Positions 28,416-38,667 of a DNA stretch of 64,000 nucleotides are shown here, in pieces; position 1 is the stretch's first letter, and every line of letters starts with the position of its first letter. Location: contig CALRAM010000001.1 of the NCBI GenBank assembly GCA_943353165.1, positions 237,803 to 301,802 of the forward strand, read 5' to 3'. The translations under genes and the position numbers were made by a program. The notes under the pieces are model-generated. The model saw nothing but the letters and a program-made list of their open reading frames with translations. It ran no database searches and was not told where the DNA came from. This DNA comes from an uncultured Candidatus Saccharimonas sp. GTDB lineage: Bacteria; Patescibacteriota; Saccharimonadia; Saccharimonadales; OMJO01.

Positions 28416-29543
28416 CTAAAAAATCCGTCTAATATCAACCACTGTTATCATAGCAAACAATAGCATAAGCCCAACAAACCCAAGACCGTGTATCCTGTCC
28501 TCTGTTTTTGGGTTTAGGGGCTTTCTGATAGCCCTGTAGATCAATGTAACAAAAAGCCTGCCTCCGTCCAATGCTGGAATTGGTAGGATATTCATAATAG
28601 CTAGCGTCAAGGATATAACCGCCATAATCATCAGCACAAATTGATAACCCAGCAAACTACCGTCCTTTATCAGCACAAAGATTCCTATAGGCCCAGACAC
28701 TTGCTCGGAAGCAACCGCGGTATTCCCCTGAAACAAATTAGAAATCGCCGATCCAAGCCCCTTCAATGTCAAAACACTGAACTGCTCTATCAGACCAGCA
28801 GCCACTATCGGTGCTGACCAAGTGGATCGTTGCAGGCTGTACTCTGTCGGTGCGATACCAACGTAGCCCTTTGGATTTTGGCTGTTTTTGCTCGATTCTA
28901 CTTCTGCTACGCTTCTGAGTTGTAAATCCACCGACTTTGTTACTGATTTTCTACTATAAACCAGAGTGACCTTCTGCCCCGCCAGTTCTTTGGTTTGTTT
29001 TGGAAAATTTTCCAAGCTTGTTACTTTGCTCTGAGTTCCAATAGTCGGCCCTACGCTCTCCACTACATCACGCAGTTGCAAACCAGCCTTTTGGGCGGGC
29101 GAGTCGGGTTCTACAAAACCTACTAGCACTTGTTGGCGAACTATTTTCGTGTCATTTTTTATCGTGTATTGGTCGTCTATGAGTTTTGGAATACCAACCA
29201 ATGCCAAAAAAGTTAATATCAAAAAAGCTGTCGCTAGATTCATACCAACGCCAGCTACCATTATGAACACTTTGTTTTTTAGTGTTGCAGCTCCATAACT
29301 CCCCTTGGTTTTATCTGCATCGTTTTCGCCCTTTAACTTTACGAAACCACCCAGAGGCAACCAGTTTATAGTAAAAACCGTTCCCTTTTTTATAGTTAAA
29401 ACCTTGGCTCTTGGCGGAAACCCAACACCAAATTCTTCCACCTCAACTCCGCTACGTCTAGCCGCCAAAAAGTGCCCCAATTCGTGCACCACTACTAGAC
29501 CCACGAACATAAACAATCCTAAAATTAACAGTATTATTGCCAT
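28416..29543 (-). CDS. rseP: RIP metalloprotease RseP (site-2 protease, M50)
   Basis: HELGHFLAAR zinc motif in TM1, a central PDZ (PDSPAQKAGLQLRDVV), and NILPIPALDGG near the C-terminus. Confidence 0.85.
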   Translation of the reverse strand: MAIILLILGLFMFVGLVVVHELGHFLAARRSGVEVEEFGVGFPPRAKVLTIKKGTVFTINWLPLGGFVKLKGENDADKTKGSYGAATLKNKVFIMVAGVGMNLATAFLILTFLALVGIPKLIDDQYTIKNDTKIVRQQVLVGFVEPDSPAQKAGLQLRDVVESVGPTIGTQSKVTSLENFPKQTKELAGQKVTLVYSRKSVTKSVDLQLRSVAEVESSKNSQNPKGYVGIAPTEYSLQRSTWSAPIVAAGLIEQFSVLTLKGLGSAISNLFQGNTAVASEQVSGPIGIFVLIKDGSLLGYQFVLMIMAVISLTLAIMNILPIPALDGGRLFVTLIYRAIRKPLNPKTEDRIHGLGFVGLMLLFAMITVVDIRRIF

Positions 29544-30232
29544 TAGAGTCCATACCTCCGCTTTCGCCGTCCAAATTCACTCAAGGCTTCGTCCAAATCT
29601 TTGACTGTAAAGTCTGGCCAATATTTTTTTACAAAAATTAGCTCGGCATATGCGGCTCGGTACAGCATAAAACCACTGGTTCGATTTTCGCCAGATGTCC
29701 TCAGTACCATATCGAGTTTTGGAACTATCGGCCTATAGAGTGCGCTCTCAAAAACCTCGGCCGTAACTTTGTCGGCACTAATTCCTCTGTCTATTAGTTG
29801 CTTTGTGGCGTCCAGTATTTCTTGGCTTCCTCCATAATTAAAACAAATAGCCAAGGTACCTTTGGTATTGTCTTTTGTTGTTTCTTCGGCATTTTTGATG
29901 GCTTTTTGTATTTTGGCAGAAACTTTATCTGAACTACCCAGCCACAAGACACGAATATTTTCTTTGTGTAGCTCGGCTACATCACGAGTCAATAATTTAT
30001 GAGCCAGCTCCATCAAGTATTTTACTTCTTTGGGGGTGCGATTCCAGTTGTCAGTGGAAAATACAAATGCCGAAACAAAACTTACCCCCTTGTTTATAGT
30101 AGCCTTGGTTATTACCTTTAGATTTTCAAATCCTTGCCTGTGCCCGTCTATATTTTGTAGGCCGTTTTCTTTTGCCCATCGGCGGTTTCCGTCCAATATA
30201 AAGCCTATGTGTTTTGGTATAGTTTGAGCCAT
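29543..30232 (-). CDS. uppS: isoprenyl transferase (undecaprenyl-diphosphate synthase)
   Basis: HIGFILDGNRRWA and RTSGENRTSGFMLY motifs. Confidence 0.9.
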   Translation of the reverse strand: MAQTIPKHIGFILDGNRRWAKENGLQNIDGHRQGFENLKVITKATINKGVSFVSAFVFSTDNWNRTPKEVKYLMELAHKLLTRDVAELHKENIRVLWLGSSDKVSAKIQKAIKNAEETTKDNTKGTLAICFNYGGSQEILDATKQLIDRGISADKVTAEVFESALYRPIVPKLDMVLRTSGENRTSGFMLYRAAYAELIFVKKYWPDFTVKDLDEALSEFGRRKRRYGL

Positions 30233-30255
30233 TATAGTTCTACATTATACCGTAA

Positions 30256-30807
30256 TTAGACAGTCATTATTTCTTGTTCTTTGGATTTTGCACTGGCTTC
30301 GGCAGATTGTCTGGCTTTCCCCATTTCTTCCTCTATCTGAACGATCAATCTTTTTCCATCGTCCTCGCCTATTTCTTTGTCTTTTTTGGATTTGTTGATA
30401 GCGTCCAAAGCTTCGTGACGAATGCTTCGCAGAGCAATCATACATTCTTCTAGCTTCGAACTGGATTGTTTGGCTAAGTCTTTACGCCGTTCCTCTGTCA
30501 AGGCAGGCACAGGAACTCTAACAACCCTGCCATCATCCATCGGGTTCAGACCCAGCGATTGATTGTCGCGGATAGAGCTAGTTATAGCCCCTATATTTCC
30601 GATATCAAATGGGCTGATCTGTATCAGCTGTGCTTCAGGGGTAGTTATTGTCGATACCTGATTTAGAGGCATCTGCGTACCATACACTTCGACCATGATA
30701 CCGTCCAGCATACTGGGGTGAGCCCTGCCGGTTCGCAGTTTTTTTAGTTCTTCTCTGAAATGTTCTACGCAGTTTTGAAACTTGGTCGTGTATGTCGCTG
30801 TGTTCAC
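30256..30807 (-). CDS. frr: ribosome recycling factor
   Basis: 183 aa. ...LKKLRTGRAHPSMLDGIMVEVYG... matches the RRF pattern, and the gene sits in the tsf-frr-uppS cluster. Confidence 0.9.
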   Translation of the reverse strand: MNTATYTTKFQNCVEHFREELKKLRTGRAHPSMLDGIMVEVYGTQMPLNQVSTITTPEAQLIQISPFDIGNIGAITSSIRDNQSLGLNPMDDGRVVRVPVPALTEERRKDLAKQSSSKLEECMIALRSIRHEALDAINKSKKDKEIGEDDGKRLIVQIEEEMGKARQSAEASAKSKEQEIMTV

Positions 30808-30884
30808 TGTTTATCCTACTTTCTATTTTTATTATACAGATTTATGCGTTAGAAGTTCAATCCAACAATAACCAGTCGATCTGA

Positions 30885-31250
30885 CTAGCTAATTTCTGAT
30901 GTCCTTTTTTCGACATCCGGTTCTGTCTGACAGTTTACACATCTCTCTACTAATCCAATTTGACGGTCGGTGACTAGTGGATTTAGTTGTAGTACATTCT
31001 CGATTGCTTCATCCAGTGTCAAGCTTTTGCCCAAATCTTCTTGCACCCACCCAACCATAACTGTCAGTTGATCCTGTTTGGCTGGTTCCTTTAGCAATAA
31101 ACAGCCCAAAACACGTGGACAGTTCGGGTTGATTTCTTCCAGCCAGACTGATTCTTCGTCAAAAGGTAGTTCTTCCTGGACATCAATTTGCCTATTAATT
31201 TCTGAAAAACACTCATAAATATTATCGGTTTCCCGGATTATCTCTGTCAA
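30885..31250 (-). CDS. hypothetical acidic protein with five Cys (occupies the usual pyrH slot)
   Basis: 121-aa ORF rich in D/E, with Cys at CFSE, NCPRVLGC and CVNC. No family recognised. Confidence 0.45.
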   Translation of the reverse strand: MTEIIRETDNIYECFSEINRQIDVQEELPFDEESVWLEEINPNCPRVLGCLLLKEPAKQDQLTVMVGWVQEDLGKSLTLDEAIENVLQLNPLVTDRQIGLVERCVNCQTEPDVEKRTSEIS

Positions 31251-31283
31251 ATCTACGCTCCCTGTATATCTTTTGTATATATT

Positions 31284-31892
31284 TTAGACCAATTCGCCCA
31301 GTACCATACGCTCAAAGCGTCTGACCACTATATTTTCGCCTAGTTTGGCGATATGCTCTTTTACATATTCACCCACTGTTTGTTCAGGGTTTTTTACAAA
31401 AGGCTGTTCCAAAAGGCAGCGTTCAGCATAATATTTTTTTAGCATACCCTCTACTACAGTGCCCATAATTTTCTGCGTCCGCTGGCCAGCGGATACGTCG
31501 GCTTTTGCTTTGGCGGTAAACTCCGCAGTTATCGTCTTTTTATTAGCCGCCGGCACGTCGTCTAGGCTGATAAACTCTGGATTGCTGGCCGCTATATGCA
31601 TGGCCAAATCTTTTACTAGTCCTGTAAACAATTCATTTCGTGCTACAAAATCTGTTTCGCAATTGACTTCTACCAACACGCCTATGCGACCATCGTGGTT
31701 GTAGTTGCCTACCACGCCACTTCGGGCTTCACGCTCGCCTCTTTTTTCTGCCTTGGTAAGCCCTTTTTTGCGCATTGCTTCTAGTGCCTTGTCAAAATCG
31801 CCCTTGGCTTCATCTAGTGCCGCTTTTGCGTCTGTCAGGCCAACGCCTGTCAATTCTTTTAGTCGTTTTACGCTGGCAATATCTACCGCCAT
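31284..31892 (-). CDS. tsf: translation elongation factor Ts (short form)
   Basis: UBA-like N-terminus VKRLKELTGVGLTDAKAALDEA and the core ...VEVNCETDFVARN... Confidence 0.9.
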   Translation of the reverse strand: MAVDIASVKRLKELTGVGLTDAKAALDEAKGDFDKALEAMRKKGLTKAEKRGEREARSGVVGNYNHDGRIGVLVEVNCETDFVARNELFTGLVKDLAMHIAASNPEFISLDDVPAANKKTITAEFTAKAKADVSAGQRTQKIMGTVVEGMLKKYYAERCLLEQPFVKNPEQTVGEYVKEHIAKLGENIVVRRFERMVLGELV

Positions 31893-31893
31893 A

Positions 31894-32679
31894 TTATTTG
31901 TCCTCTACTTTTTCAGCAACTGGTGGTGCTGGTGCTATGGTCTTTATGACTGTTTCCTTTTTTTCTATGGCTGGTTCCTTTTTTGAATACTGGGCTTTTC
32001 CAGATTCGATAGCCTGCTGGACTAGGTCAGCAATTAGTTGAATCGTTTTTATGGCGTCATCGTTGCAAGGTACTGGGTACTTTATAGGAGTCGGGTCGGT
32101 GTTCGTGTCTGTTAGGGCCACCACTGGTATGCCTAGTTTTATAGCTTCTTTTACGGCATTTGTGTCGTGCAATATGTCTACTACAAATACAGCACCAACT
32201 TTGGCATCCATTTCTTTTATGCCGCCGTACAAGTGGTTCATTTCTTCTATTTCTTCTTGGTAGCGTTGCACTTCTAGCTTGTTATATTTGGCAACCAACT
32301 GGCCATTTGCCATTCTCTCTTCGATATCTTTGAGGTGTTTTACTCGTCCGCCGATTGTGTTTCGGTTGGTCATCATTCCACCTAGCCAACGCTCTGTCAC
32401 ATATGGCATATTAGTTTCTACGGCAACTTTTTTGATTATTTCTTGGGCTTGTTTCTTTGTGCCTACTAGCAAAACTTGCTTGCCAGCAGCTACAGTTTTT
32501 TCCAAAAATTCTAGGGCTATTTCAAGCCGTTCAACTGTTTTTGTCAGATCTATGATGTGACTTCCTTCGCGCTTGCTATGAATGTAGGGCGCCATTTTAG
32601 GATGCCAACGGCTAGTCTTGTGACCAAAGTGCGCACCGGCTTCCAATAGTTGTTTGATATCTACGTTTGTCGTAGCCAT
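31894..32679 (-). CDS. rpsB: 30S ribosomal protein S2
   Basis: [38 protein letters not shown] before the ATG at 32679; the ORF-track start at 32739 adds 20 unlikely residues. Confidence 0.9.
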   Translation of the reverse strand: MATTNVDIKQLLEAGAHFGHKTSRWHPKMAPYIHSKREGSHIIDLTKTVERLEIALEFLEKTVAAGKQVLLVGTKKQAQEIIKKVAVETNMPYVTERWLGGMMTNRNTIGGRVKHLKDIEERMANGQLVAKYNKLEVQRYQEEIEEMNHLYGGIKEMDAKVGAVFVVDILHDTNAVKEAIKLGIPVVALTDTNTDPTPIKYPVPCNDDAIKTIQLIADLVQQAIESGKAQYSKKEPAIEKKETVIKTIAPAPPVAEKVEDK

Positions 32680-32780
32680 GATTTTGTCTCCTTTATCTTC
32701 ATCTGGGTGCTCGGACTTCCCTGCACGGGTTTTAGTCAAAGAGGATTTATTCCCCAGATTGCTTAATGAATTACTAATGT

Positions 32781-32809
32781 ATTCTAACAGACAGCGGACT
32801 TCTTGGCAA
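32781..32809 (-). promoter_or_regulatory. candidate sigma70-type promoter for rpsB
   Basis: The minus strand reads TTGCCA-17 nt-TAGAAT, leaving a ~100-nt leader before the rpsB RBS. Confidence 0.4.
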
Positions 32810-32815
32810 CCCGTC

Positions 32816-32844
32816 TTGACTCCTTACCAACAGATGTGTATAAT
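32816..32844 (+). promoter_or_regulatory. candidate sigma70-type promoter for rpmE (near-leaderless transcript)
   Basis: TTGACT-17 nt-TATAAT. The ATG at 32855 is only 10 nt after the -10 hexamer, and no Shine-Dalgarno lies between. Confidence 0.45.
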
Positions 32845-32854
32845 TACCCTAGTT

Positions 32855-33208
32855 ATGAAAACAGGAATTCACCCAGACGGCTACCGTCCAGTAGTGTTCA
32901 AAGACCTAAACAACGATTGGTCTTTTTTGACGCGCTCTACTGCACCATCAACAGAAACCATAAAATGGGAAGACGGCAACGAATACCCCCTTATCAAGCT
33001 ACACATTTCCAGCGCTAGCCATCCGTTTTTTACTGGTCAGGAAAAACTCCTAGACATAGAAGGTCGCGTAGACAAGTTCAAGGCCCGCCAAGAGGCAGCC
33101 AAATCCCGTGCCGATGCCCTCAAAAAAGCAGCCACCAAAGTCCGCATCAAATCCCCCAAAATTGACGAAACCCAGAAAATCGGCTCTCTAAAACCCGGCA
33201 AACGCTAA
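32855..33208 (+). CDS. rpmE: 50S ribosomal protein L31, type B (no CxxC zinc motif) with Lys-rich C-terminal extension
   Basis: [17 protein letters not shown]...[24 protein letters not shown] matches L31. No Cys pairs. The ORF-track start at 32654 is upstream of the promoter and overlaps rpsB. Confidence 0.85.
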   Translation: MKTGIHPDGYRPVVFKDLNNDWSFLTRSTAPSTETIKWEDGNEYPLIKLHISSASHPFFTGQEKLLDIEGRVDKFKARQEAAKSRADALKKAATKVRIKSPKIDETQKIGSLKPGKR

Positions 33209-33286
33209 ATCCAACACCTGTAGTAGCCGTTTATCTATACTGATTGACGGTTTTTTTTATATACTGTTATATAGGACTATTAAATT

Positions 33287-34345
33287 ATGAACTCCAAAGA
33301 ATCACAATACCGCACAGAATACACGGACCTGCAGACCAAACTTCAGGACACTTCTATATTTGGATCAAAAGAATACCCAGTTTTGGCCCGCCGACTCAAC
33401 AAACTGGAAGCCATAATTGGTCTATTTGATGAGAGGCAAAACCTGACCACCGCCCACCGCCAAGCCACAGAACTGGCAGACAGCACAGACGCCGAACTGG
33501 TGGCAATGGCACAGCTAGAAATTGCCGAACTTGACCAAAAACTCAGCCAAAACGCCGCCCTACTAAACGAAAAGCTAATTACCACAGACCCAAACGATGA
33601 AAGAGATGTCATCATAGAAATCCGGGCGGCTGCAGGTGGCGACGAATCTAGCCTTTTCGGGGGAGAACTATACCGTATGTACGCCCGCTGGGCAGAAAAC
33701 AACAACTACAAGCTAGAACTCATCAGCGAGAGCCCCAGCGAAGTTGGCGGATTCAAGGAAATTATATTTGCGGTTCGGGGCGAAAACGCCTACCAAAAAC
33801 TCAAGTTTGAAGCCGGTGTACACCGCGTCCAACGAGTACCAGCCACAGAGAGCCAAGGTCGTATCCACACCAGCACAGTCACGGTCGCAGTACTGCCGGA
33901 AGCCGAAGAAACTGACATAGAAATCAACCCCAGCGATTTGCGAATCGATGTCTACCACGCCAGCGGACACGGCGGACAAAGCGTCAACACCACAGACTCT
34001 GCCGTTCGCATAACTCACCTGCCGTCTGGACTAGTAGTAACTTGTCAGGACGAAAAGTCACAGACCAAAAACAAACTCAAAGCCATGGGAGTTCTCCGTT
34101 CCAGATTGCTCCAGGCACAGATAGAAAACGAACAACAAAAACTTTCTGACGCCCGAAAAAAACTAATTGGTTCTGGGGACAGATCAGAAAAAATCCGTAC
34201 CTACAACTTTCCCCAAGACCGCATCACCGACCACCGTATTGGGTACAGTCGCAGCAACATACCTGCCGCCCTAAATGGCGACATAGACGACCTAATCGAA
34301 CAGCTCCATACATTTGAGCTACAAATACTCAGTCATGAAAGCTGA
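33287..34345 (+). CDS. prfA: peptide chain release factor 1
   Basis: PAT anticodon-mimic motif ([14 protein letters not shown]) and GGQ ([15 protein letters not shown]). Confidence 0.95.
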   Translation: MNSKESQYRTEYTDLQTKLQDTSIFGSKEYPVLARRLNKLEAIIGLFDERQNLTTAHRQATELADSTDAELVAMAQLEIAELDQKLSQNAALLNEKLITTDPNDERDVIIEIRAAAGGDESSLFGGELYRMYARWAENNNYKLELISESPSEVGGFKEIIFAVRGENAYQKLKFEAGVHRVQRVPATESQGRIHTSTVTVAVLPEAEETDIEINPSDLRIDVYHASGHGGQSVNTTDSAVRITHLPSGLVVTCQDEKSQTKNKLKAMGVLRSRLLQAQIENEQQKLSDARKKLIGSGDRSEKIRTYNFPQDRITDHRIGYSRSNIPAALNGDIDDLIEQLHTFELQILSHES

Positions 34346-35159
34346 CGAATGGCTGATTCTAGCGACCAAAAATCTAGCCTCGGCAGGAATTAGCACCGCT
34401 CGACTAGATGCAATGATACTGCTAGAAGACGCCACAAAGCTGGACAGAGCAAACTTGCTAGCCCACCCAGAACACCAACTGTCCACCGCGCAGTCAAAAA
34501 ATCTAGCAAAACACCTAGCCCGGCGCATCCAACACGAACCGCTGGCCTATATCCGTGGACACTGCGAATTTTTTGGCAGAGATTTCGTAGTTAATTCGGA
34601 GACACTTCAGCCGCGTCCAGAGAGCGAAACTTTTATAAATATCCTAAAAACCCTGCTGGTTACGAACCAATCAACAACAATCCTAGACATTGGAACTGGC
34701 AGCGGTGCGCTAGCTATAACCGCTAGTCTAGAATTTAGCGGTTGCACGGTACTGGCTACGGACATATCGACCAAAGCCTTGAAAGTCGCCCGTAGTAACG
34801 CAAAAAAACTAGGAGCCAAAGTCACTTTTTTGAACGGCAATCTGTTGACTCCATTGTCTCCCATTCATTTCCCGATAGATATAATTATGGCAAACCTGCC
34901 CTATGTTCCCGACCAGCATATAGTTAACCGAGCCGCAATGTACGAGCCAAAACTGGCCATATACGGCGGAACAGACGGTCTAGATATATACAGATTATTT
35001 TTTCATCAGATAGACATTCTTTCCAAAAAGCCAACGGTTATTCTGACCGAATCCATGCAATCGCAACATTTAGCCCTAACAAATCTGGCCAAGGCTCATG
35101 GCTACGATATGAAAAAATCTGAAGGACTAGTTCTGTATTTTCGTATCGACCAGACCTAA
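34335..35159 (+). CDS. prmC: release factor glutamine N5-methyltransferase PrmC/HemK
   Basis: Follows prfA with an 11-nt overlap. SAM motif DIGTGSGA. The catalytic tetrapeptide reads NLPY instead of NPPY. Confidence 0.85.
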   Translation: MKADEWLILATKNLASAGISTARLDAMILLEDATKLDRANLLAHPEHQLSTAQSKNLAKHLARRIQHEPLAYIRGHCEFFGRDFVVNSETLQPRPESETFINILKTLLVTNQSTTILDIGTGSGALAITASLEFSGCTVLATDISTKALKVARSNAKKLGAKVTFLNGNLLTPLSPIHFPIDIIMANLPYVPDQHIVNRAAMYEPKLAIYGGTDGLDIYRLFFHQIDILSKKPTVILTESMQSQHLALTNLAKAHGYDMKKSEGLVLYFRIDQT

Positions 35160-35162
35160 ACT

Positions 35163-35918
35163 TTACTGACTAAAAGGGTTGTCGCCCCAGCCAGACAGCA
35201 CCAATATGACTAGAACTACGGCAACCATCCCAAACACCAGTTGTCTTTTTAGGAGCAAAGATAATTTGTCTGTTTCTTCTAGATAATATATCGCCGCACC
35301 TACTAGGCCAATGACACTCAACAGCAAAGTTGCTTGTGCTATTGATCCATAAAAAACCAGCCAATGACCCAATACCCAGATTAAGGCTCCAGAAAAATAG
35401 CCCCAAGTATACGCATACAATGCTGTGTGGGGCTCATCAAAACTAGAATAGAAATGCCTAGCCGACAAGTAGCAAATGCTCCATCCTGCAGCCACCAGCC
35501 ACAGCAAGGGGGTGGAACCTCCAGCCAAGAATAGAGCTGTCAATCCCATCATCTGCCCTATCAATGCCTGCAGAGAAACCTGCCATACCTTCGAACCCGG
35601 TTTCAAAAAAACCAGCCATAGCCCATACAGACCAGCCCAAACCAATTGCCAGCTCGCCGCATCTGTATGTGTCATAAATACCACTATGGATATACCCACA
35701 AATGCATCAACCGCGTTGTTTCTGATCAGTGCAGGCCAATACCTAGGTTTAACAGCAAAAACCCGCCACTTGCTCAACAGCACCAGCCCAAAAGCCAGCT
35801 GAACAAAATCTAGCCTAACCAGCACATACACAAAAATAGGCAACAAAACTATAAGCCCCAAATGCACAAAGTGCGAATATCCGACGACCGGCTTGATCCT
35901 AGTCAAATTTATTTTCAT
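35163..35918 (-). CDS. hypothetical polytopic membrane protein
   Basis: 251 aa with about 7-8 hydrophobic helices. No motif recognised. Confidence 0.5.
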   Translation of the reverse strand: MKINLTRIKPVVGYSHFVHLGLIVLLPIFVYVLVRLDFVQLAFGLVLLSKWRVFAVKPRYWPALIRNNAVDAFVGISIVVFMTHTDAASWQLVWAGLYGLWLVFLKPGSKVWQVSLQALIGQMMGLTALFLAGGSTPLLWLVAAGWSICYLSARHFYSSFDEPHTALYAYTWGYFSGALIWVLGHWLVFYGSIAQATLLLSVIGLVGAAIYYLEETDKLSLLLKRQLVFGMVAVVLVILVLSGWGDNPFSQ

Positions 35919-36051
35919 CTGTCCATATATTATACCAAACTCTAGCTACATTACACTTTTACTTATATCTTGTGTTTTAACTTGCCGTATTCCAAAGTAG
36001 CACTAATAACCTGTTAATTTATGTCATTCTGAGGTATAGTCTAAACTGGTT

Positions 36052-36795
36052 ATGGAACAAACAAACAACTCAAACGGTCAGTCAGAAACTCCAACTATTC
36101 CAGTTGTCGAGGGGCCTATTTCTACTGGTTCAACTCCTGTGATTGTGGCTATCGATCCGCCCGAAGCTAACGCAGAGGATCAGTCGGCGGTAGTAGTTGG
36201 TGGCGCCAAAGACCCTCGCAAAGAAGGCTTCAAGAGCATCATAACGACCATAGTTATTTTGGTGGCCGCTCCGCTGGTGGCACTGTTTCTGATAACTTTT
36301 GTTTTTCAATCGTACCAAGTGGATGGCCCCAGCATGGAAACCACCTTCCAAAACGAAGACCGCCTAATCGTCAACAAAATACCTCGTACCATAGCCCGCA
36401 TAACTAGCAACCCCTATATTCCACACCGCGGTGATGTCATCATTTTCATAGCTCGCAGCTTGCTAGAATCCAATGGAACAGACCCAAAACAACTCATCAA
36501 ACGAGTAATCGGTTTGCCCGGCGACAGAGTAGTAGTGGCAGATGGTTTCTTAACTATCTACAACACCGAACATCCTCGTGGCTACAGACCAGATGAAAAC
36601 GCCAGATGGTCAGATGCCATAAAGACGACTTCTGGCAACATAGATGAAGTCGTAGAAGAAGGCAAAGTTTTTGTAAACGGAGACAACAGAGAGAACTCTC
36701 TGGATTCACGCTATTTTGGACAAGTCCCTGCCGGCGATATTGTAGGAAAGCTAGTTTTTCGTATCTTTCCTATAAACAAGGCCGAATCCTACTAG
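36052..36795 (+). CDS. lepB: signal peptidase I
   Basis: TM anchor, then GPSMETT (catalytic Ser), KRVIGLPGD (catalytic Lys box) and GDNRENSLDSR. Confidence 0.85.
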   Translation: MEQTNNSNGQSETPTIPVVEGPISTGSTPVIVAIDPPEANAEDQSAVVVGGAKDPRKEGFKSIITTIVILVAAPLVALFLITFVFQSYQVDGPSMETTFQNEDRLIVNKIPRTIARITSNPYIPHRGDVIIFIARSLLESNGTDPKQLIKRVIGLPGDRVVVADGFLTIYNTEHPRGYRPDENARWSDAIKTTSGNIDEVVEEGKVFVNGDNRENSLDSRYFGQVPAGDIVGKLVFRIFPINKAESY

Positions 36796-36809
36796 AATTC
36801 TACTAAATT

Positions 36810-37679
36810 CTACTTTTGAATTTTGTTTATTATCTTTGTCAGCTCGTCATCACTGCCAAAATGTATTTCCAGCCTGCCGCCCTTTGCGGTTCTGTAAACA
36901 GTTACAGGTGCGCTCAGCATGCTAGATAATTTTTTGGTTTCTGGTGTTTCTGTTGCCATCTGTTTTTTTACACCTGTAGATGTTTTTATACCTTTTTTAT
37001 GAGTCTGCACAAACTGTTCGGCTTGCCTGACTGACCAACCGTTTTTCTGGATTAGTTTTACCAGCTCGGATTGTTTAGCGGGGTCGTCTTTCAGGGCCAA
37101 AACTGCCCGGGCGTGACCTTCCGTTATTTTTCCTGTTTGTAGTGCATCACGCGCAAAAGTTGGCAATTGCAACAGTCGCACAATATTGATTACGGTCGTC
37201 ATTGCCTTGCCTAATCGCTTTGAAACATCGTCGTAACTCATATTGAACTGTTGGTGTAGTTTTTCTATAGAAACAGCCTGCTCTAGTGGCGACAAATCTA
37301 CTCTCTGTACATTTTCTATCAGGGCTATTTCTAACTGTTCCAGGTCTTTTTCTGCTCTAACTATGACTGGGACTTTTTCCAGACCAGCTATAGTGGATGC
37401 CCGCCAACGACGTTCGCCAGCTATAATTTTGTATTCATCTGGTCCGTCGGGCGTAACTATCAGTGGTTGGAGTATGCCATATCGCTTTATTGAAGACGCT
37501 AACTCTTCTAAAGATTGGGGGTCAAAATGTCTGCGTGGTTGGTCTGGATTTGGTTTTATAGCAGAGATGAACACATTTTGTACTCTTTCGGAACTTTCCA
37601 TTAGCAACGAAGGGTCAAAGCCCGTCGGTATCAGGCTCTCCAATCCCCTGCCCAGCCCTGTATTTTTTATTGTAGACAC
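36810..37679 (-). CDS. parB: chromosome partitioning protein ParB
   Basis: GLGRGLESLIP N-terminus, the GERRWRAS arginine patch, and an HTH region. Confidence 0.9.
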   Translation of the reverse strand: MSTIKNTGLGRGLESLIPTGFDPSLLMESSERVQNVFISAIKPNPDQPRRHFDPQSLEELASSIKRYGILQPLIVTPDGPDEYKIIAGERRWRASTIAGLEKVPVIVRAEKDLEQLEIALIENVQRVDLSPLEQAVSIEKLHQQFNMSYDDVSKRLGKAMTTVINIVRLLQLPTFARDALQTGKITEGHARAVLALKDDPAKQSELVKLIQKNGWSVRQAEQFVQTHKKGIKTSTGVKKQMATETPETKKLSSMLSAPVTVYRTAKGGRLEIHFGSDDELTKIINKIQK

Positions 37680-38425
37680 TTGATTATCTCCTTTGTTAAC
37701 TGCTTATAAGCTCTGGCACCCTTTGACCATTTGTCGTGATCAGCTATTGGCTTGCCATGACTGGGAGCTTCTGCTAGACGAACATTTCGTGGTATGACTG
37801 CATTAAATACTTTATCTCCAAAATGTTTCTTTAGCTCATCGTGCACCTGTGTAGACAAACTTGTTCGGCTGTCAAACATTGTAACGACAACGCCCAGAAT
37901 TTCCAATTTTGTGTTCAGGTTTTGCTTTACCGTTTGGAAAACTTCTAGCAGTTGACCCAGTCCTTCTAGTGCATAATATTCAGCCTGTACAGGTATTAGC
38001 AATAAATCCGCAGCTGCCAATGCGTTTATAGTCAGTAGGCCCAACGCAGGCGGGCAATCTATTATGATTATTTCGTGGCCAAATGGTTGTAGGGCATTTT
38101 TTAGCAATAGTTCTCTGCCGGATTTTTCTACCAGTTCTATTTCTGCGGCGGCTAGTCTGGCGTTTGTGGGTAGCAAATCCAGCCTTGGTGTTTCGGTTTC
38201 TATTAGCACTCGTTCTGGTGCAGTTTTACCCAACAGCATTTCATAAACGCCACTTTCTATTTTGGTTTTGTCTACGCCCAATCCGCTGGTGGCATTTCCC
38301 TGGGGATCAAAATCTACCAACAGCACATGTTTGCCTGCCTTTGCCAGATAAGCGGCCACATTTATAGCGGTGGTTGTTTTGCCCACTCCGCCTTTTTGAT
38401 TCAATACCGCAATAATTCGCTTCAT
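37667..38425 (-). CDS. parA: chromosome partitioning ATPase ParA/Soj
   Basis: Deviant Walker A NQKGGVGKTTT. 13-nt overlap with parB. Confidence 0.9.
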   Translation of the reverse strand: MKRIIAVLNQKGGVGKTTTAINVAAYLAKAGKHVLLVDFDPQGNATSGLGVDKTKIESGVYEMLLGKTAPERVLIETETPRLDLLPTNARLAAAEIELVEKSGRELLLKNALQPFGHEIIIIDCPPALGLLTINALAAADLLLIPVQAEYYALEGLGQLLEVFQTVKQNLNTKLEILGVVVTMFDSRTSLSTQVHDELKKHFGDKVFNAVIPRNVRLAEAPSHGKPIADHDKWSKGARAYKQLTKEIIKCLQ

Positions 38426-38667
38426 CTGTCAGTTTACCCTCTCTGTTTTCTATGTATAGATTAACATTTTTTTGACCAAAGGTAAACGACCCACCTCGTT
38501 AGTATTTTAGTCGCCAAAATCTGCTGACCCTTCTACCTAGAACACACTCCAACTGCCAAATATCAATGTCGCAAAATATACCATCTACCCTGTTGCAAAG
38601 CCATGTGCCTGTACACAGACAACTAGCCATATAGTACTAATTACTACCTACAAGGCAGACCATCAGC

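Noticed and set aside
30245-30445. 66-aa ORF overlapping the frr 3' region in another frame
   Set aside because: It is fully contained in the well-supported frr gene. Its Arg/Gln-rich translation looks spurious and it has no independent start signals.
32654-32854. 67-codon N-terminal extension of the L31 ORF given in the ORF track
   Set aside because: The extension overlaps the rpsB 5' end and both promoters and has no L31 similarity. The canonical L31 N-terminus MKTGIHP starts at 32855.
38426-38667. 242-bp gap between the giant gene and parA as a possible tRNA/sRNA gene or parS site
   Set aside because: I could find no cloverleaf-compatible arms, no T-loop (GTTCGAATC-like) sequence, and no TGTTTCACGTGAAACA-like parS palindrome by eye. 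There is only a short 5-bp hairpin across the giant gene's stop codon.
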